From: Moniliella sp. 'wahieum'
Taxonomy: Eukaryota
Reading direction: 5' to 3'
Length of the DNA: 37,477 nucleotides
Assembly: GCA_003971905.1 (NCBI GenBank)
Contig: RSEE01000103.1
Coordinates: forward strand, 186,001 to 223,477
The position numbers and the translations under genes were made by a program. Positions 10,106-23,944 of the stretch are shown one piece after another (positions within the stretch are counted from its first letter, which is position 1; each line of letters begins with the position of its first letter). The notes under the pieces were generated by a model, which did no database searches, was not told the origin of the DNA, and worked only from the letters and a program-made list of their open reading frames with translations.

Positions 10106-12723
10106 ATGTCCAGCAGTACGCGCGCGGCCGCCCCGCCCAGCGACGCTGCCGCGCCAGCTCTCCTACCCGCTCTCTGTCCCACTCACCAGCTCCCTCCTCC
10201 TGCCTTTCTCCCCCGGCCGCGCTCGCACCCGAGGGCGATGGCTCCCCGTTCGATGCCCAGTATGGACTCAACCGGCAGCGGTACGTGCCCTTCCCCACCA
10301 TCACCCACGTGCCTTACGTTTCCTTCGTACTAACCGCCGCTCCCTCCGCCAGCCTGCTGGACGGCCTGCAGCGTACCCGCCACATCGTCAACCACCTGAA
10401 AGACTACACCAATGGTTCCTGGGTTATGCAGTACCCTGATAAGCGCCCCCCTGCGGGCTGTTGACGATGCGCGCCCCACCTAGAGCGAAGTCAGTCCATG
10501 TCGAGCGAGCAATCGTCGCGTGCGTCAGGCGGTCTGTCTTGCCTCTCGACGTGGCCGGGGAACCAGATGGATTGAACATCCTACGTGTCGACCTGCAAGT
10601 GGGTCCAGGATCGAATGTACCGACGAGTCCGGGAGCGGGTGCGCGACCGTCTGTGCTGCAGTCGCTGGAAAAGTCGTCGGTGGCTCAACTGTTAGCGGGT
10701 CGGATGGCGCAGGCGGTGCGGCACCTGGAAGCGCTGCGGTTGCGGATCAGTGATCGGCAGAGCAAGGTGCTGATCACAGGTGATCTGAACGCGGGAAAGA
10801 GCACGTTTGTCAACAGCCTTCTTCGGCGCGACCTCTTGCCCATCGACCAACAACCGTGTACCACTGCCTTTTGTGAGGTGCGGATGCGCTCGAGTTCAAT
10901 GCGGGCAAGGAAGAGATTCATCTGCCTCGTCCGGGCAAGATTACCGTCCTGAGGATGAGGATAGCTATACTCGCTACTCCCTTGAGCAGGCTGAGGAACT
11001 GATGGCCGCTTTTGAGGAGGGAGAAGGCTCATCTCTGTTGAAATGTTACTGCACGGATCGCCGTGGGACCCAGGAGAGCTGTTGCATAATGGCGTGGTGG
11101 ACATTTCGCTGATTGAGCGCCGGGTCTGAACCGCGACTCGCTCAAGACGACCGCTCTTTTGCTCGTCAAGAAGAGTGACATATCGTGTTGTGGTATCGGC
11201 GGAAAACCACTTTACCTTGTCCGCCAAGGAGTTCTGTGGAACGCCTCGAACGATAAGGCGTACGGTTTGTTGTGGTCAACAAGTTTGACCAAATCAAAAC
11301 AAGGACAAGTGCAAGCGTCTGGTGTTGGAGCAGATTAAGCAACTCAGCCCCCGTACCTACAATGACGCTGAGGAGCTGGTCCATTTTGTCGATTCGGAAG
11401 AGGTGTTCCCCCAGGAAGACGAGGCAGTGCAGCCCGGTGATCGTCAGCTCGCCTTTACGCGCTTGGAACAGTCGTTGCGCAAATTTGTCTTGCTCAAGCG
11501 ATCCAAGTCCAAGTTGCTCCCAGCGCAGGTCTACGTCCTTCGTCTCTTGTCGGATGTGATCCTACTTGCGGGCCGAACGCCTCGTATGCTCATGCAGAGG
11601 AAGCAAATGCCACCTCGGCTCTGGCCATTGCCAAACCGGCATGCACGAGTGCCGTCGGCGCGCTGAGAGGTTGACCTCCAAGCTGGAGGAGAAGGAGGAC
11701 AAGACCGTGTCCGAGGCAGAAGAGGCAGCGAACGATCAGCTGACCCGAGCGTTGGCTTGTATTCAAGCTGGTCGCAGTGCTCATCCCATCACCCTTCCTG
11801 TCTACCCAGGGTCTGGGAGGCGTGGCACTACGCCGAAGAAGTGCGGCAAGCCATGGTCGACTCGTCGGCTGCGATCCGGGAAGCCGAGCAGCAATCCCGT
11901 CAACTGACCACGGACGCGGTCAAGGCGGTGAAAGAGCTTGGCGAAGCGCACCTTCCCGCGGATGTAGAACGGTCTTCGCGTGTGTTCCTGCCCGACGCCA
12001 TGTTCTCCAGTAAGCGTGCTCATGCTCGGCGGGAATCGCGTGCCAGCATGGCGAACCATATGGCTTGGCTCGGCCTGCCCAAGGAGGCACTTCACTCGCC
12101 CGCACCGATTTGCTCGACGTACCCTTCCTGGTCGCGGGGCTGCTTGCCCCGCTCGACGCTCAGCGGAAGCAAGCCAGAAACTTGCTCCTCAAGTTGGCTC
12201 TCTGAGGTAGAACATCACCTGTTGGGAGTCTTACGCTCGGCCTTGGCGCTCTGAGCTTGGGGAGGGAAAGCGTTCGGGGCCAAGGCGGCGATTGAAGGGC
12301 TGATTCGAGTGGCAGACTTACTTGGAACCAAGAGTGTGCGGAACGCTGCTGGTCCCCTGTTTGCCCTTGCCGTTGCCGGGGCGGCAACGTACGTGATACT
12401 TGATCTGCCTAATACGATTCGCGAAACGTGGACGCTCGCTCTCGTTGGCCGCTTCGGCCAGTGTACCTGAAGGCCACGATCTCAGTGCGCAACACACTGT
12501 TCGGATCTCGCGCGAAGTACGCAAGGTGATGCGGTTGGCTAGCTGGGACTTGCAAGAAACGTTCCGTGCGGCGCTTGGTGCCCGGGCAGCCCAGGTGGCT
12601 GCAGCGGAGCAACAAGTTGCCCAAGCCCGGGAGGCTGGGATTTACTTTGACCGCACGCTCACCAAGGCGCTGGAGGTGAGGGAAGAAGTTTCCTCTGTGC
12701 ATATTGGAGACGACGCCCGCTGA
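10106..12723 (+). CDS. FZO1: Mitofusin, mitochondrial fusion GTPase
   Basis: SKVLITGDLNAGKSTFVNSLLRRDLLPIDQQPCTTAFCEV (G1/G2), VVNKFDQI (G4), FTRLEQSLRKFVLLKRSKSKLLPA, YDLP-like post-TM motif, REVRKVMRLASWDL. In-frame intron 10281-10352 (GTACGT...TACTAAC...CAG). Many frameshifts and the start is approximate. Confidence 0.93.
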
Positions 12724-13107
12724 GCCAGTCGCTGACCCTCGTCGCCACTTGATCTTTTCTTTCGCTGGCATGCCAACGAACAAAAATGGGGGGGTGGGGG
12801 ACGGGGAAGAGGAAGAGGAAGAGGGAGGGGGGGCAGGAGGCTTCTAAGCCTACCTGCCTGTCCCCCCACCTTACGCCCCCTTAGCGTTTCTTCTGATGTT
12901 GACCGATTTCCTGTGTGTTTCTTTATCTGTACTACTTACTGCTCATCGTGAATACCGATGCTGTCTATGCTCTCCATGTTAGCTGCTATGGTGTGACATG
13001 TAACACGAAACGCATAACGCCTCACTACGAGAACTAGATGAGTGCAAGCCGAGCCGTGGGGGTCGGGACGGTGGGGGGGGGAGGGTACACATGAGATGGA
13101 GATGTGC

Positions 13108-16100
13108 CTATAACCAGAGGCTGAATCGACTGAATGAATTACGGCCCTTGTACCGCTGTGCTTCCCAAGCGGACCAAACGCGTTTGAGCACCGCGCGTGC
13201 CGGTGGGGCGAGGTGGAAGCGAGAGCCATATCGCGTCCAGCGGGGGCCAAGGCCGCTGCGTCGCACAGCGCAAACAGGCCGGGCTCCAGCACCCGTTGCG
13301 TCTCGGGGGACACATGGCCCTGATCCATGGGCACGGGAGCAGGGCGGTCCAGGGGTTACGGGCGAGGTCCTGGGCACCAAGCAAGGTGCGCGCATAAACG
13401 AGCAAGAGGGCGTGTGCGTGTGGAGCAAAGTGGTCCGAGCGAGAGGGTAGTTCCACCCTGCCGATTGGCCATCCCTTTGAACGTGATGGTCTCCAGTGTG
13501 TGGGAGAGGGTGGTGGCGAGGCGCACTGTCAAAGGGGCATCCAGTGCGCTCATCCAGCTTGGCAAGTGTTGGTACCGACCGCAAGAGGGGCAAGAAGAGC
13601 CAAGTACCGCTGCAAGCGCAGAGAGCGAGTCACGGAGCATCGTGCGCCGTTGCCGCATGATCAAGCCCAATGCGGTGAGAAGATGAACCAGGGCTTCCAG
13701 CGTTCGTGTCGGATCCAGGGGAGGGGCACTCTCGATCCCAGCAGGGGTGAGGAGACCCGCACTAAAGGCAAGGAGCTGTTGGACGTGGGCACGGTCAAAC
13801 CAGCTGTGGTGTGCGCGGACCAGGCTCGCCGCAGCGGAAGCAAAGGCCAAGCCAAGGATGGGCGTGGAGGCGTGACCTGTGCATACCAGAGCAGCAGTAG
13901 AGAGAAGACGAAGCATATATGTGCGCACCGCTTCTTCGTCCTTGGTAGCTACGATGCACCCTACCAGAGCATCCATCCGCGCGGCAACACGGCAGGCCAG
14001 GCCAGGAGACGATGTAGCAAGGTGGATGCCCAAGTCCTCATCAAATGCCGGGAGAAGCTTCTGGAGAAGAGCAGTCTGTTCTTCCACAGGAAGCGCAGCC
14101 ACTCCCGAACGGAAGACCGCGGTGTGGAGCTCCCCTTTCCCAGCCGTACCACTGAGATAGGCAGCCTCTCGAGCATAGACATACGTGGTTACCAGCTGCT
14201 CCGTCTGCCTCGAGACAGGTGCAGTTCCAGCAGGGAGAGAAGAAGGCCGTCGAGTACCCCCGCGCGGGTGGGTTCCGAGCTCGTTCGGCCGCGAGAGAAG
14301 GCACAAGCCCAGTTGAGATAACGATGTCTTTCTTCTCTGAGAGGGAGACCGAGATGGCTGCGTCCCGCACGGTGCGTTCTAGCGTGCTCACCTCCTCGTC
14401 TGTGGCGGAAGCCGTGAAGGTCTTCAGGCTTGACGGGCTCGGGTGAAAGCAGTAGGGTCGACAGAGAGAAGGTCCGGATGAGAGCGGCCATAAGTCCTCA
14501 TGACGCTGGAAGAAAAGTGTACAGCACCCATTGTTGGCTGGCTGAGGAGGGTACGAGCCGTCTTGATAGCATCCTGTCCTCCCGCGCAGAGGCTTGGGCA
14601 TTGACCCACGCGCGCACAAAGAGAGCGGTCGAGGGCCGGATCTCTTTCGCCTTTCCGGCTGGGCGACAAACGTCAGCAGCTCCTCGGGGAAGATGGAGTC
14701 GCCGCCCTGCATCTGAGCCAACAGTTCCCGAACATGACCAGCTATGGTGAAAGAGCCATTGGCGATCAAGACCTCGTCCGCTTTGCGCGCTGCAGCTTGG
14801 ATCAAAGGGAGGGCACTCTGCCAGTACAGGCGAGGGAAGTGTCGGGCTCCGGCCAATTTGGAGGCGTCCCGCACTGGCTTGGAGCTGGTTTCCAACACAT
14901 TCTGGACAATCGCGTCGCGGAAAGAAGCAAGTTCGACGAACTGGGCGTTTCCGGCTGTGAGGCGGAGAATGAGGCGATGCCTGTCTTCTGTGCCGTCCCA
15001 AGCCTTGATAAGCGCCCGAGCGACGGGCATGAGGTCCTGAGCGGGGAACCGGTTGAGTCCTTCGGCCCAGGTGGCGACCGTTTGCCACATACCCACCGAC
15101 AAGACAGGGTCGGGCGACTCGATCGCCTCGAGGACAGAGACAACAACCTTCCTTGGGTCTGTAATTTGATCGGCGATGGCACAGCGCAGGAGAGTATCCG
15201 CCTAGAAAAAAAGTCAGTACATATTGCAGAAGACACACTCCTTAGGGAATGGGCGTACCAGGTCCAGGCGAAGCGCAGTGTTGCTAGCCGCTTTAAAGAT
15301 ATTGTGGAGGTGGGGGAGGTGGGGCCGGATGGACTGGGTGACGGTGGAGAGGGCCTCCAAGTCGGGTGCGTATACTTCTTGTGCCGTCGGCGAAGGGGGC
15401 ATGGCATTCTGCGCCCTAGAGAGTGCAGTATATGCGGATCGCCAAATGGCCAGTGTAGCTCGAACGGTAATCTCATCCTCGGCTCCTGCTACCTTCTTGA
15501 TCTGTTGGATACGACTTGAAAAGTTTCCCATCGCTGTGTAGGCTGCAACCCATGCCGCCAGCCTCCAGCATCAGGCACCAGTGTGGCTGTCGACAAGATC
15601 TGCGAAGCCAAGTACGCTTCCACAGCCCATGGTCCCTTCACCGCTTGGGCAAATGTGGTCTGCCGCTGGGCCAAAGTCTGTACCAATCCCACCGCCAATG
15701 GCGCTGGGAGAGATTGCAGTGCCTCGCACAAAGACAAGCGCTCGAGGAGTTTGGGGCAAGGGGGTGCCTCCCAAAAGGTTTGGAACCAGAGCCGAGGCTT
15801 CCTGCGCAGCATCCATCAGAGCCACGGCAAGTTGCGACACGCCACGGCTCTCCGGGCCGTTTCAAAGATGGAACGAAGTAATGGCTCGGCTGCGGCAATG
15901 CTCGTCGCATCTGTGGTGGCCCACATGGCCCGTAGAATGGCACCTAGATGGCTCGAGACCAAGGTGCTATCCACCGTCCACAGGTTATGAAGGGCTCTGA
16001 AGTCCGTCGAGCGTCCTTCCCCTTGGTGTTCAAGGCGAGCGAGCAGGCCCTCCAAGCAAGTAGAGAAGAGAGGCCCAGGAAAACCCCTGTCCATCGAGGT

Positions 16101-17267
16101 CGGGACCAGGGCGGTAGAGTCCGACCGTAGAGGTGGCGAAAAACGTTTGGGCAAGAAGCTCGGTTTGCTCTTCGTCAGCCACCCCGACAGCCGAAATGAG
16201 ATGGGACAGGAAGTGGAGCATGGTGATGCGAATGGTTTCCTCCTTTTTGGGAAGTTCGACGGGAAGAGCTCGCATTCGTGCGGTAAGGATCTGTACCAAG
16301 GCTGGGGCGAGAGTAAAGGATTTGGTACAACGAGCCGCTGCCTGGGCAATGCGCTTTAGCACATCCGTCTTCTCAGGGGTGAGAAGAAGAGTCCGGAGCG
16401 TGTCAGGAAGAAAGAGCGTGTCGTAAATGAAGGCTTGCGCATGGGACGCAAGGCTCGAGGATGGCTCCTCAGACACAGACCTCTTTCGCTTCCCCGTGAG
16501 TTTCGTCGAATGGGAAGACACGAGCGTAGCGCAATCCCGGAACGACTGGAGAACAACCTCGATCCCGACTTCGCGGCGGGCGGGACTGGCTTGGGCAAAG
16601 GCAGGAAGATACGAAGCGAGGACAGAATGAAGGACCGAGTTGATCCCTGCTTCTGCTTCTATTGCTGATGCTGGAAGGTTAGAAGCAAAAGAGAGAAGTT
16701 TGGAAATGGCTTCAGGGAGCGAGGATAGACGTTCTCGCGCCGTGGCAGTAGTTGCCCCAGCGCTGATGACGGGGTTTATCAGAGCACCCAGAACAGGCCC
16801 TACCAATGCAGCCAGCTCCAACGAAGGTTCTTCTGCCATTTCATGGAGACGGGAGGCAAACACCTCGACCGCGCGGATGAGGGGGGCATGGCGACTGGCC
16901 AGGACGCTGTGCAACTGGGGCTCAGCCTCGAGGATGCGCTCGAGAAGGACCCAATAGGAAAGACGAACGACCTGTTCGTTCTCGGTCAGTGCGTGGGACC
17001 CCTTTCCCTTCCCCTTTCCCTTTGCCTTGGAACTAGCGCCAGTGTTTGCGCTGGGCTGAGCCTTGGGTGAGAGGGCAAGGACAAGCCAGTCGGCGAGGAG
17101 CAGGCCCTTGTCCGGGACAAAGAAGGTGCTGGGGGGGGGTTCCAAACGGCGGTGGCGACGTCGATGGCGGAGGGAGATGCGTTGGCGGGAGATGTCTTGA
17201 GGTAGCGCACAAGAGCGGCGGTGGATGCGATGCCCGCGTGGGCAAGCACATCCGGAGCCAACGCCAT
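13108..17267 (-). CDS. URB2: Nucleolar pre-ribosome factor Urb2/Npa2
   Basis: Long helical protein spread over several frames. The N-terminus reads STAALVRYLK...AVWN...FFVPDKGLLLADWLV. The C-terminal Urb2-type block reads LEPGLFALCD...ARAVLKRVWSAWEAQRYKG. Confidence 0.75.
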
Positions 17268-17637
17268 GAGGGGCAGATGGATGTCGGTGGACGAAGGGGG
17301 GCAGAGCTTTTCCTTTTTCTTCAAGCGACAGCCGCTCTGGTGAAAAAAATGTCGCAGCATTGCCCATTCGACGCGATGTTTCAAAACGACGCGGATGGAA
17401 GTTTCAAATCGCATCCGGCTGCTGCTTCCCACCACACGACCTCCTCCCTCAAAAGACCAACTGTTCCATAGCACCAAACCCGACCCAAGTTCGACATGCT
17501 CTTCCTGCGCCATATGTCAGCGTCCCGTGGCATATATGAGAAGGAGGGCGTCGTTGTGACCATATAGATTGTGCTCTGTCTGCGCACCACCTTGTCATTG
17601 TTAGCTAGCACTGGCGTTCGCAACCGCCTGTATATAC

Positions 17638-17698
17638 TGCTAGAGGGTAGTGCTAGGGTTCACCTGCACTCTCTCCAATGGATCGGTGATGCTCGCTG
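17638..17698 (+). mobile_element. 5' fragment of the solo-LTR family
   Basis: TGCTAGAGGGTAGTGCTAGGGTTCACCTGCACTCTCTCCAATGGATCGGTGATGCTCGC matches the first ~60 nt of the other copies. Confidence 0.75.
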
Positions 17699-17852
17699 GT
17701 TCGGGTGATTCGCCCCTATCTGGACCCAAGCAGGAAATGCGAAGCAGCCAAAGAGGAGAACATACAGCACCGGTCATAATTACCGGCAACCTCCGACCTC
17801 ACGCATTTCATGAAGTCTGCCGCCGATTTTGACGGAAGATTTCCCTCAATTG

Positions 17853-18114
17853 TGTTAGAAGTAGTGCTAGGGTAACCGTGCACGGCCCTCAATGGATCAG
17901 TGACGCTCGCTTAGCCGTCGGGCGGAAGATATCCGCTCGCAGGCCGTGCACGCCCTGTATGCCCGCTCCATCTCCCTTCTCTCTCTCCTTTCTCCTCCCT
18001 TCAGACGTTGCTCGAAGACTGTGGCTCACCACTTTGCCTTCACGCCTTGTCTGAAGGCTGCTTTGCAGTAGCTGATCCATAGGATCGCATGTGCTCCCAA
18101 GTCGCACTCTAGCA
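17853..18114 (+). mobile_element. Solo LTR (~262 bp)
   Basis: TGTTAGA...CTCTAGCA termini (TG...CA with a short inverted repeat). Collinear along its whole length with the reverse complement of 23945-24200. Flanks AATTG / (A)ACTG look like a degenerate TSD. Confidence 0.85.
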
Positions 18115-20035
18115 ACTGACGTTGATCGATCTGAGATCTGATCGGATCTCCGTCGAGATGCATCGACCGCCGTGAACACATCGTCGGCGTCACGCGTCAT
18201 CGATCATCGATTCTCAGCGTCACCGGGGCTTCAGCGACATGCGATGCATCTTCTGCGGTTGACATACTCTTCCACAACTGGTGGCTGGACTACGGGAGCT
18301 GTGGACTGTCACATATGTCACAAGTCGTAACAACCGAAAAACTCCGCCAAATTACAGCAACTGCTAGCTGTTAAAGTTGTGCGACTTCCCAATAGTAGCG
18401 TGAGGTTGTGGCCTGTACCTGCAGTACCTATTTGTGGCAGTGACAGGCGAGCAAGGCAGGGAAGAGGTGGTGAGGATGCAATCAGGGGGAAGGCAGTCTG
18501 GAGTCGCAACAGGAAGGGCGGAACAGAGGCGGAACGGGGCCGCCTCGGACACTTTACGGGGCTTTTTCTCTGTCGATCTTCGGCCAGTACCCAGTCAAGC
18601 TAGTCACATGTCACAGGCGGAGCCTACCGGGACGCTTTTGGCCGTCCTCGAAACCACGGCGTCACCGGGTCACCACCACAGTCATATAATAGAGTGACAT
18701 GTGTGAGTTGCCAATCACCTAGTCACCCGTCGGTTGCCGCAATTATTGGTGCTTCCTGGTTACCGGTTACCGGATACGTCGTGCACCGCGGAAAGAACTT
18801 TCATGAACGTGGGCACCCGGGGCAACCTCATACCACTCTGCCACTACTACGCCCACTCGCTTTGCCGCCGGGAGTAACCTGGGGTATCCTTGATCAATAT
18901 CACTCTCCTTCCTCCCATCACGGTGTGCGTTCCTCGGTTGGTTTCTGTGGGGCTTGCCCGTCCCGCCTTGTGCTGCGCTCCTCTCGACAGTAGGGGAGGT
19001 GGTGAGCGGACACGGGGGTAGCGGTGCCGGTGACGCGGTGACGCTTCCAGCTTGGAAGCCTAGAAGCTTGGAAGCTTGAAGCTTGAAGCTGGTAAGGGCT
19101 ACGCGCTATTACGGGCGCTACAGGCTACAGGCCACCTAGTTCCTAGTCACATGTCACATGTCACAGTCTTTTTCGTGAGTGCGTATACCCAGTCCCGCGT
19201 GACGCGTGACGCGCGTGACGTCGGCCAAACGAAACGCAGGAGATCATCGATCACCGATTGCAATCCGCGATACAAGGCACTGCGTCTCAGTTCAGGTGGT
19301 GGAGTACGCTGACGTTGAGTAATCAGAGTGCTCAACTGGGTGTACTGAGTAACGTTGAACGTTGAGGGAGTACTGAGTACCTGCGCAGTCGATATGGTTG
19401 GAGGTTGGAGGTGGAACGCTGCCGCTCTGACGGGTGGTGGAGGGCAGGGGGTGCTGAGGCGCTGAGTACGCTGAGTGCTGGGTGTGTCGCAGTGTGACAG
19501 ACAGGTGACGGTGCCTGCTGTGCCGTGATGCCGCGGAGGTGCCGACGGAGGACGGATGGATGACGTCGTACCCTCTGATGGTGCCGGACGGGCGCAGAGG
19601 CGTGGCGCGTGGGGGCAGTGCCGTGTCGTCTGGGGACGACGCGTGCCGTGCGGACACGCCCGGGTCGAGTACTTTTGAGTCAATAGCCCTCTCGATTCCA
19701 GGGATTGCCGGCCAAGCGCAGTCGCTGGTCGCGGAGGGCGACAGACGCAGCACTTGGTCTGCCCACCCGCCTGGCCACGCACTGGCTCAGCACACTCAGT
19801 ACGCAGTGCCTCGTGCGCCCCTCAGCGTTTCGCACTTGTTAGTTGGTAGCACAGCAGGGCGCGCGCACAGTCTGCCAGCCCGGCCATGGAGGTAAACTTA
19901 TTCCCAGCACATCCCGCCCGTCCCGCCGCCTCGCCTGTGCCTCGTTCGGCCACTTAAACCCCTCCCGCCCACGCTCCGACCCACACCCTTCCGCCTTCAC
20001 CTTTTTGTCCTGCAGCGCCTTCCTGTCCCCCTGCC

Positions 20036-22194
20036 ATGAAGACAACGCTCTTCGCCAGCGCCCTCGTGGCTGCCGCCACGGCCCCCCTGGCCCACGCCGT
20101 CTCTCTCCCGATGGCCTCACTCTCGACCAGCGCGCCGAGGTCCAGAATGCGACCGTCGAGCAGATCGCCCGCGCCATTGTTGCCTCCGACATCATGCTCG
20201 GCAAGCGCACGGACCCCACGGGCTCCTACGCCCCCACGTACATCCCCTGCCCGCAGATCAACACCACCGGCGCCAACTACATGGCTTTGTGCGTAACGCC
20301 AGTGACTTTGCCCTCAATCCTGCTGAGGCGACCTACATCCGCAACCACCGTCAAGCCCGCCAGGCCGACTGGACCGCCTGGCTCAAGCAGGCCCAGGTTG
20401 GCCTCGATTCGCTCGTGCCCGGTGGTTTGACAACTACACCTCGGACCTGAGTCGCATTCCCCGGATTGGGATTTCTTCGTCGGGCGGTGGGTACCGTGCG
20501 ATGCTCAATGGGGCCGGTGTGTTCGCCGGTTTCGACGGTCGCAACCAAACCGCCACTGCAATTGGCACCGGTGGACTGCTGCAGTTGGCCGATACCTTGT
20601 CGGCCTGAGTGGCGGCAGCTGGCTCACGGGCTCGGTCGCCATCAACAATTACCCTACTACCCAGCACTCCACGACGAGGTGTGGAACTTGGACAGCAACC
20701 TTGTTGTCCCCTCGGACGGCAAGGTCAGCTTCTACTCGGGCTTGATCAGCGATGTGGAGGACAAGAAGGACTTTGTCGGGAACGGCAAATGGACCGGCAT
20801 CACTGACTACTGGCGCGCGCCTTGGCTCACCATCTGATCAATGACATGTACCCTTCCCATGGTGTGGCTACCACCTGGAGCGATGTGCGCAACGTATCCA
20901 ACTTCCGGAACTTTTCGTACCCGTACCCCATCATTGTTGCCGACGAGCGGGGGTACGTTTTGCCTCCTTTTTTTAGAGTATCCAGATGGGTTGGATCCGA
21001 ATGGAAACTGACTGTTTGACGGCGACCAAGCCTGGGCAGAAGACCACCCTCAGCGGCTCGCCATCTGGGGTTCACCCCGTACGAGTACGGCACCTGGGAG
21101 CGCAGGATCAGGGCGTTTGTGGACATTGACTGGCCGGCACAGAGTTTGTGAATGGCCAGCCCTCCAACACGTCCAGTGCGTGACGGGCTGGACGAATGCA
21201 GCGTGGACGATGGGCACGTCCACACCTTGTTCAATGGTGCGTTGATTGAACTAACGGAGGCCCAGGGGGGATTGATCAAGAAGGCCATCGAAGCTGTGCT
21301 GAAAGACATTGGTGAAGATGGCAACGACATCTCCATCATCCCCAACGCATTTGGAGGCCCGACCCCACCATGTCGTCAATTGCGACGAGCAACAACGTGA
21401 CCCATGTCGATGGTGGCGAAGATGGACAAAACGTGCGATCTGGCCTTTGGTGAACCCGGGACGGCAACTGGACTTTGTCTTGCTGAGGACTCGTCGGCCG
21501 ACATCAACTCCTGGCCCAACGGCACCAGTATTTGGACCACAGGTCGCGGTTCAACAACTCGAACGACTTTCGGACTATGCTTTCCCCTACATCCCTCCCA
21601 TGGAGACCTTTGTCAACCGTGGCCTCAACACTCGTCCGACCTTCTTGGGCCTGGCTCGCGGATCACCACCAGAACACCTCCTTCAACGGCCAGCCGTCGC
21701 CGATTGTTGCGTACCTGCCTTCCTACCCTTACAGTGGCTTTGGCAATACTTCCACATTCAAGCTGTCATACTCCATCAGAGAGCCCAGACTGTGATGGAC
21801 AATGCATTCAACGTGGCGACGATGGGCAACGCTACATGGGCGACTTGAACTGGCCTACGTGCCTTGCGTGCGGCATGCTTACCCGCTCCTTTGAGCGTTC
21901 CAACACGCCCATCCCGGACAAGTGCAACACGTGCCTCAACCTCTTCTGCTGGGACGGTGTGGAAGACAACACGGTCAAAACGGCCGACTACTCACCCGCG
22001 ATTGGCGTGCCCATGTTTATCACTTCGCAGGCAAGACGCTCACAGAACCTCCAACGACGGGTGGCAATGGTTCGGATAACGCCACAGCGGCCGCTCATCA
22101 TCATCACAGCCGGGCCTCGATCACGCTGCCCGCCTCCTCCAAGGCCTCGGTCGCACTGGCTCTCACAGCAGTGTTCGTTGCTTCCATGCTCTGA
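20036..22194 (+). CDS. PLB1: Secreted, GPI-anchored lysophospholipase / phospholipase B (PLA2_B family)
   Basis: Signal peptide MKTTLFASALVAAATAPLAHA, GSYAPTYIPCP, SGGGYRAMLNGAG, catalytic GLSGGSW, PYPIIVADER, VDGGEDGQN, WPNG, NRGLNTRPTF, WPTCLAC, and a hydrophobic C-terminus ASVALALTAVFVASML*. Intron at about 20953-21030. Frameshifted. Confidence 0.92.
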
Positions 22195-23944
22195 TTTCTT
22201 TTCTTCCCTCATCCCCCCTCCCTTTCGCCCCCATGCGCCCTTTACTTCATCCTCTCTCATCCTTCATTGTCCTCATCTCTTACTCTCGTGGGGGATCTCG
22301 GCGTGTTGTGCCGCACGTCAAGGACGAACATCCTAGGTTCGTTGCTACTTATGGATTGTACACCTCCATCATATTTGGTACCCTCTACCTTATCTATGTC
22401 TGGACTTTGACATCATTGACTGATGGGGCGAAAAAGGGGCTGTTTCTAGATCAACTAAAGTATATGTAGCTTCATAGATGTTGTGGCCAACTCCTTCCTG
22501 GGCTCCAACGTGAGAGCTCATCGGCTCACGTTACTTCACCAACTTCGTCGTCATCGTCCGCTGTTCACGCGTTCACCGTCACTAGTAGTAATGAGGTGGT
22601 AGAGAGCGTCGTCGCATCCCATAATGGTACTTCCGAACCAAAGAAACAGCGTAGGCAAGGAGGGTGCCACAGTCTCCACGTTTTTTGACCACTGGTCTTG
22701 CCGCCGCATTGGGCCCATATAACCCCCTTTCCCTGCAGATCGAACTGTAGTTGGTCAAATAACTTCAAGATAGGATGATTCCCAGTGTTAGGGGACCAGC
22801 TTGATCAGACCTTCACTCATGGTCCCGCTGGTATCACATGGAGAGGGTACGGGCGAGCTGCACGACCTGTTCCTTCTTTTTTTTTCGCCATGTTTGCCAC
22901 ACGGCTATGGTGGGAGCATCGAATTCCAGTGGGTGCCGGCCCCAGCACAGAGAGAATGTGGACATGAAATGGTTCTTCTGTTGAAGGAGGAGAATGGATG
23001 GTGTGGTGCTGAGAAGAGGTAAGGAGGACATGAGTAGAGCAGCGCCTTATATAGCCGAGGGTACCAGGGCGCAGAGGGGGCGTCGGGCGGATGCGCGTTC
23101 AACATTCAACTGGGTGCCCATTGAAGCGGGCGACAACCGGGCTAGCGCCAGTCGCTTTGAATGGGTCAGTTGGCATCTCTACTTTCCATATCGGAGGGTG
23201 CAAAGAAAAGTGCCAACAACCCTACTGCTCCCCGGCCTGCACGTGACGGGTGGGGGGGGGCTGGCTACGCCAATGATCGGGCATTGACAAGAGTCGCGTC
23301 GACGCATCCCTCCACTACCTTAAAAGGGGAGCGGTGGTGCAAAGAGCAGAGTGGATCAGTGGGGTACAATCTCTTAGATGAAGGACGACTCACGGTCGTT
23401 TCGGCTATTTGCTGGATCCGAGCCGAGGAGAAACCTTTGGGCGTGAAGCCGAGGCGGCTGCACGTTTGGCAAGGCTGCGTATGCGCCGGCTTGGGGTTAG
23501 TAACGTGTCTGAAGCCTCCGACGGGGCTTAGGGACAGGTAGATGCAGTGGAGGACAAACACAGCCAGGCTGAAGCTGGGCAGGGGCGGCCTGTCGACGTA
23601 GCTGTGATAGGAACCCGGGCGATATGCTGTGGTAGCGGGGGAATCGACGCGGCTGAAGGAAGTCTCGCGCCACCGGGCGGATGGAAAGCTGGAGGACGAG
23701 GTTGGATGATGAAAATGAGGCAGCTAAGTGGAGACGATAGGTTGCCTGCATTACTCAATCAGTTGGCCGTGTAAACAGTCAGGAGTTGGACAAGAAAGGC
23801 CGGAAGGGACCAGAATGGAAGGTGGGATAAAGTATCCCACTGATAGAGGATGCTGACTGTTGGTTGAGACCCTTTTTGGTAACCCCCTTCTGTATAAGCC
23901 CCATCGCACTGGCATAGATGTTGACAGAGCGAAACAGACGAAGC

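Noticed and set aside
18322..18333. AAGTCGTAACAA, identical to the conserved SSU rRNA 3' motif
   Set aside because: Only 12 nt match and the flanks do not resemble rRNA, so it is a chance match.
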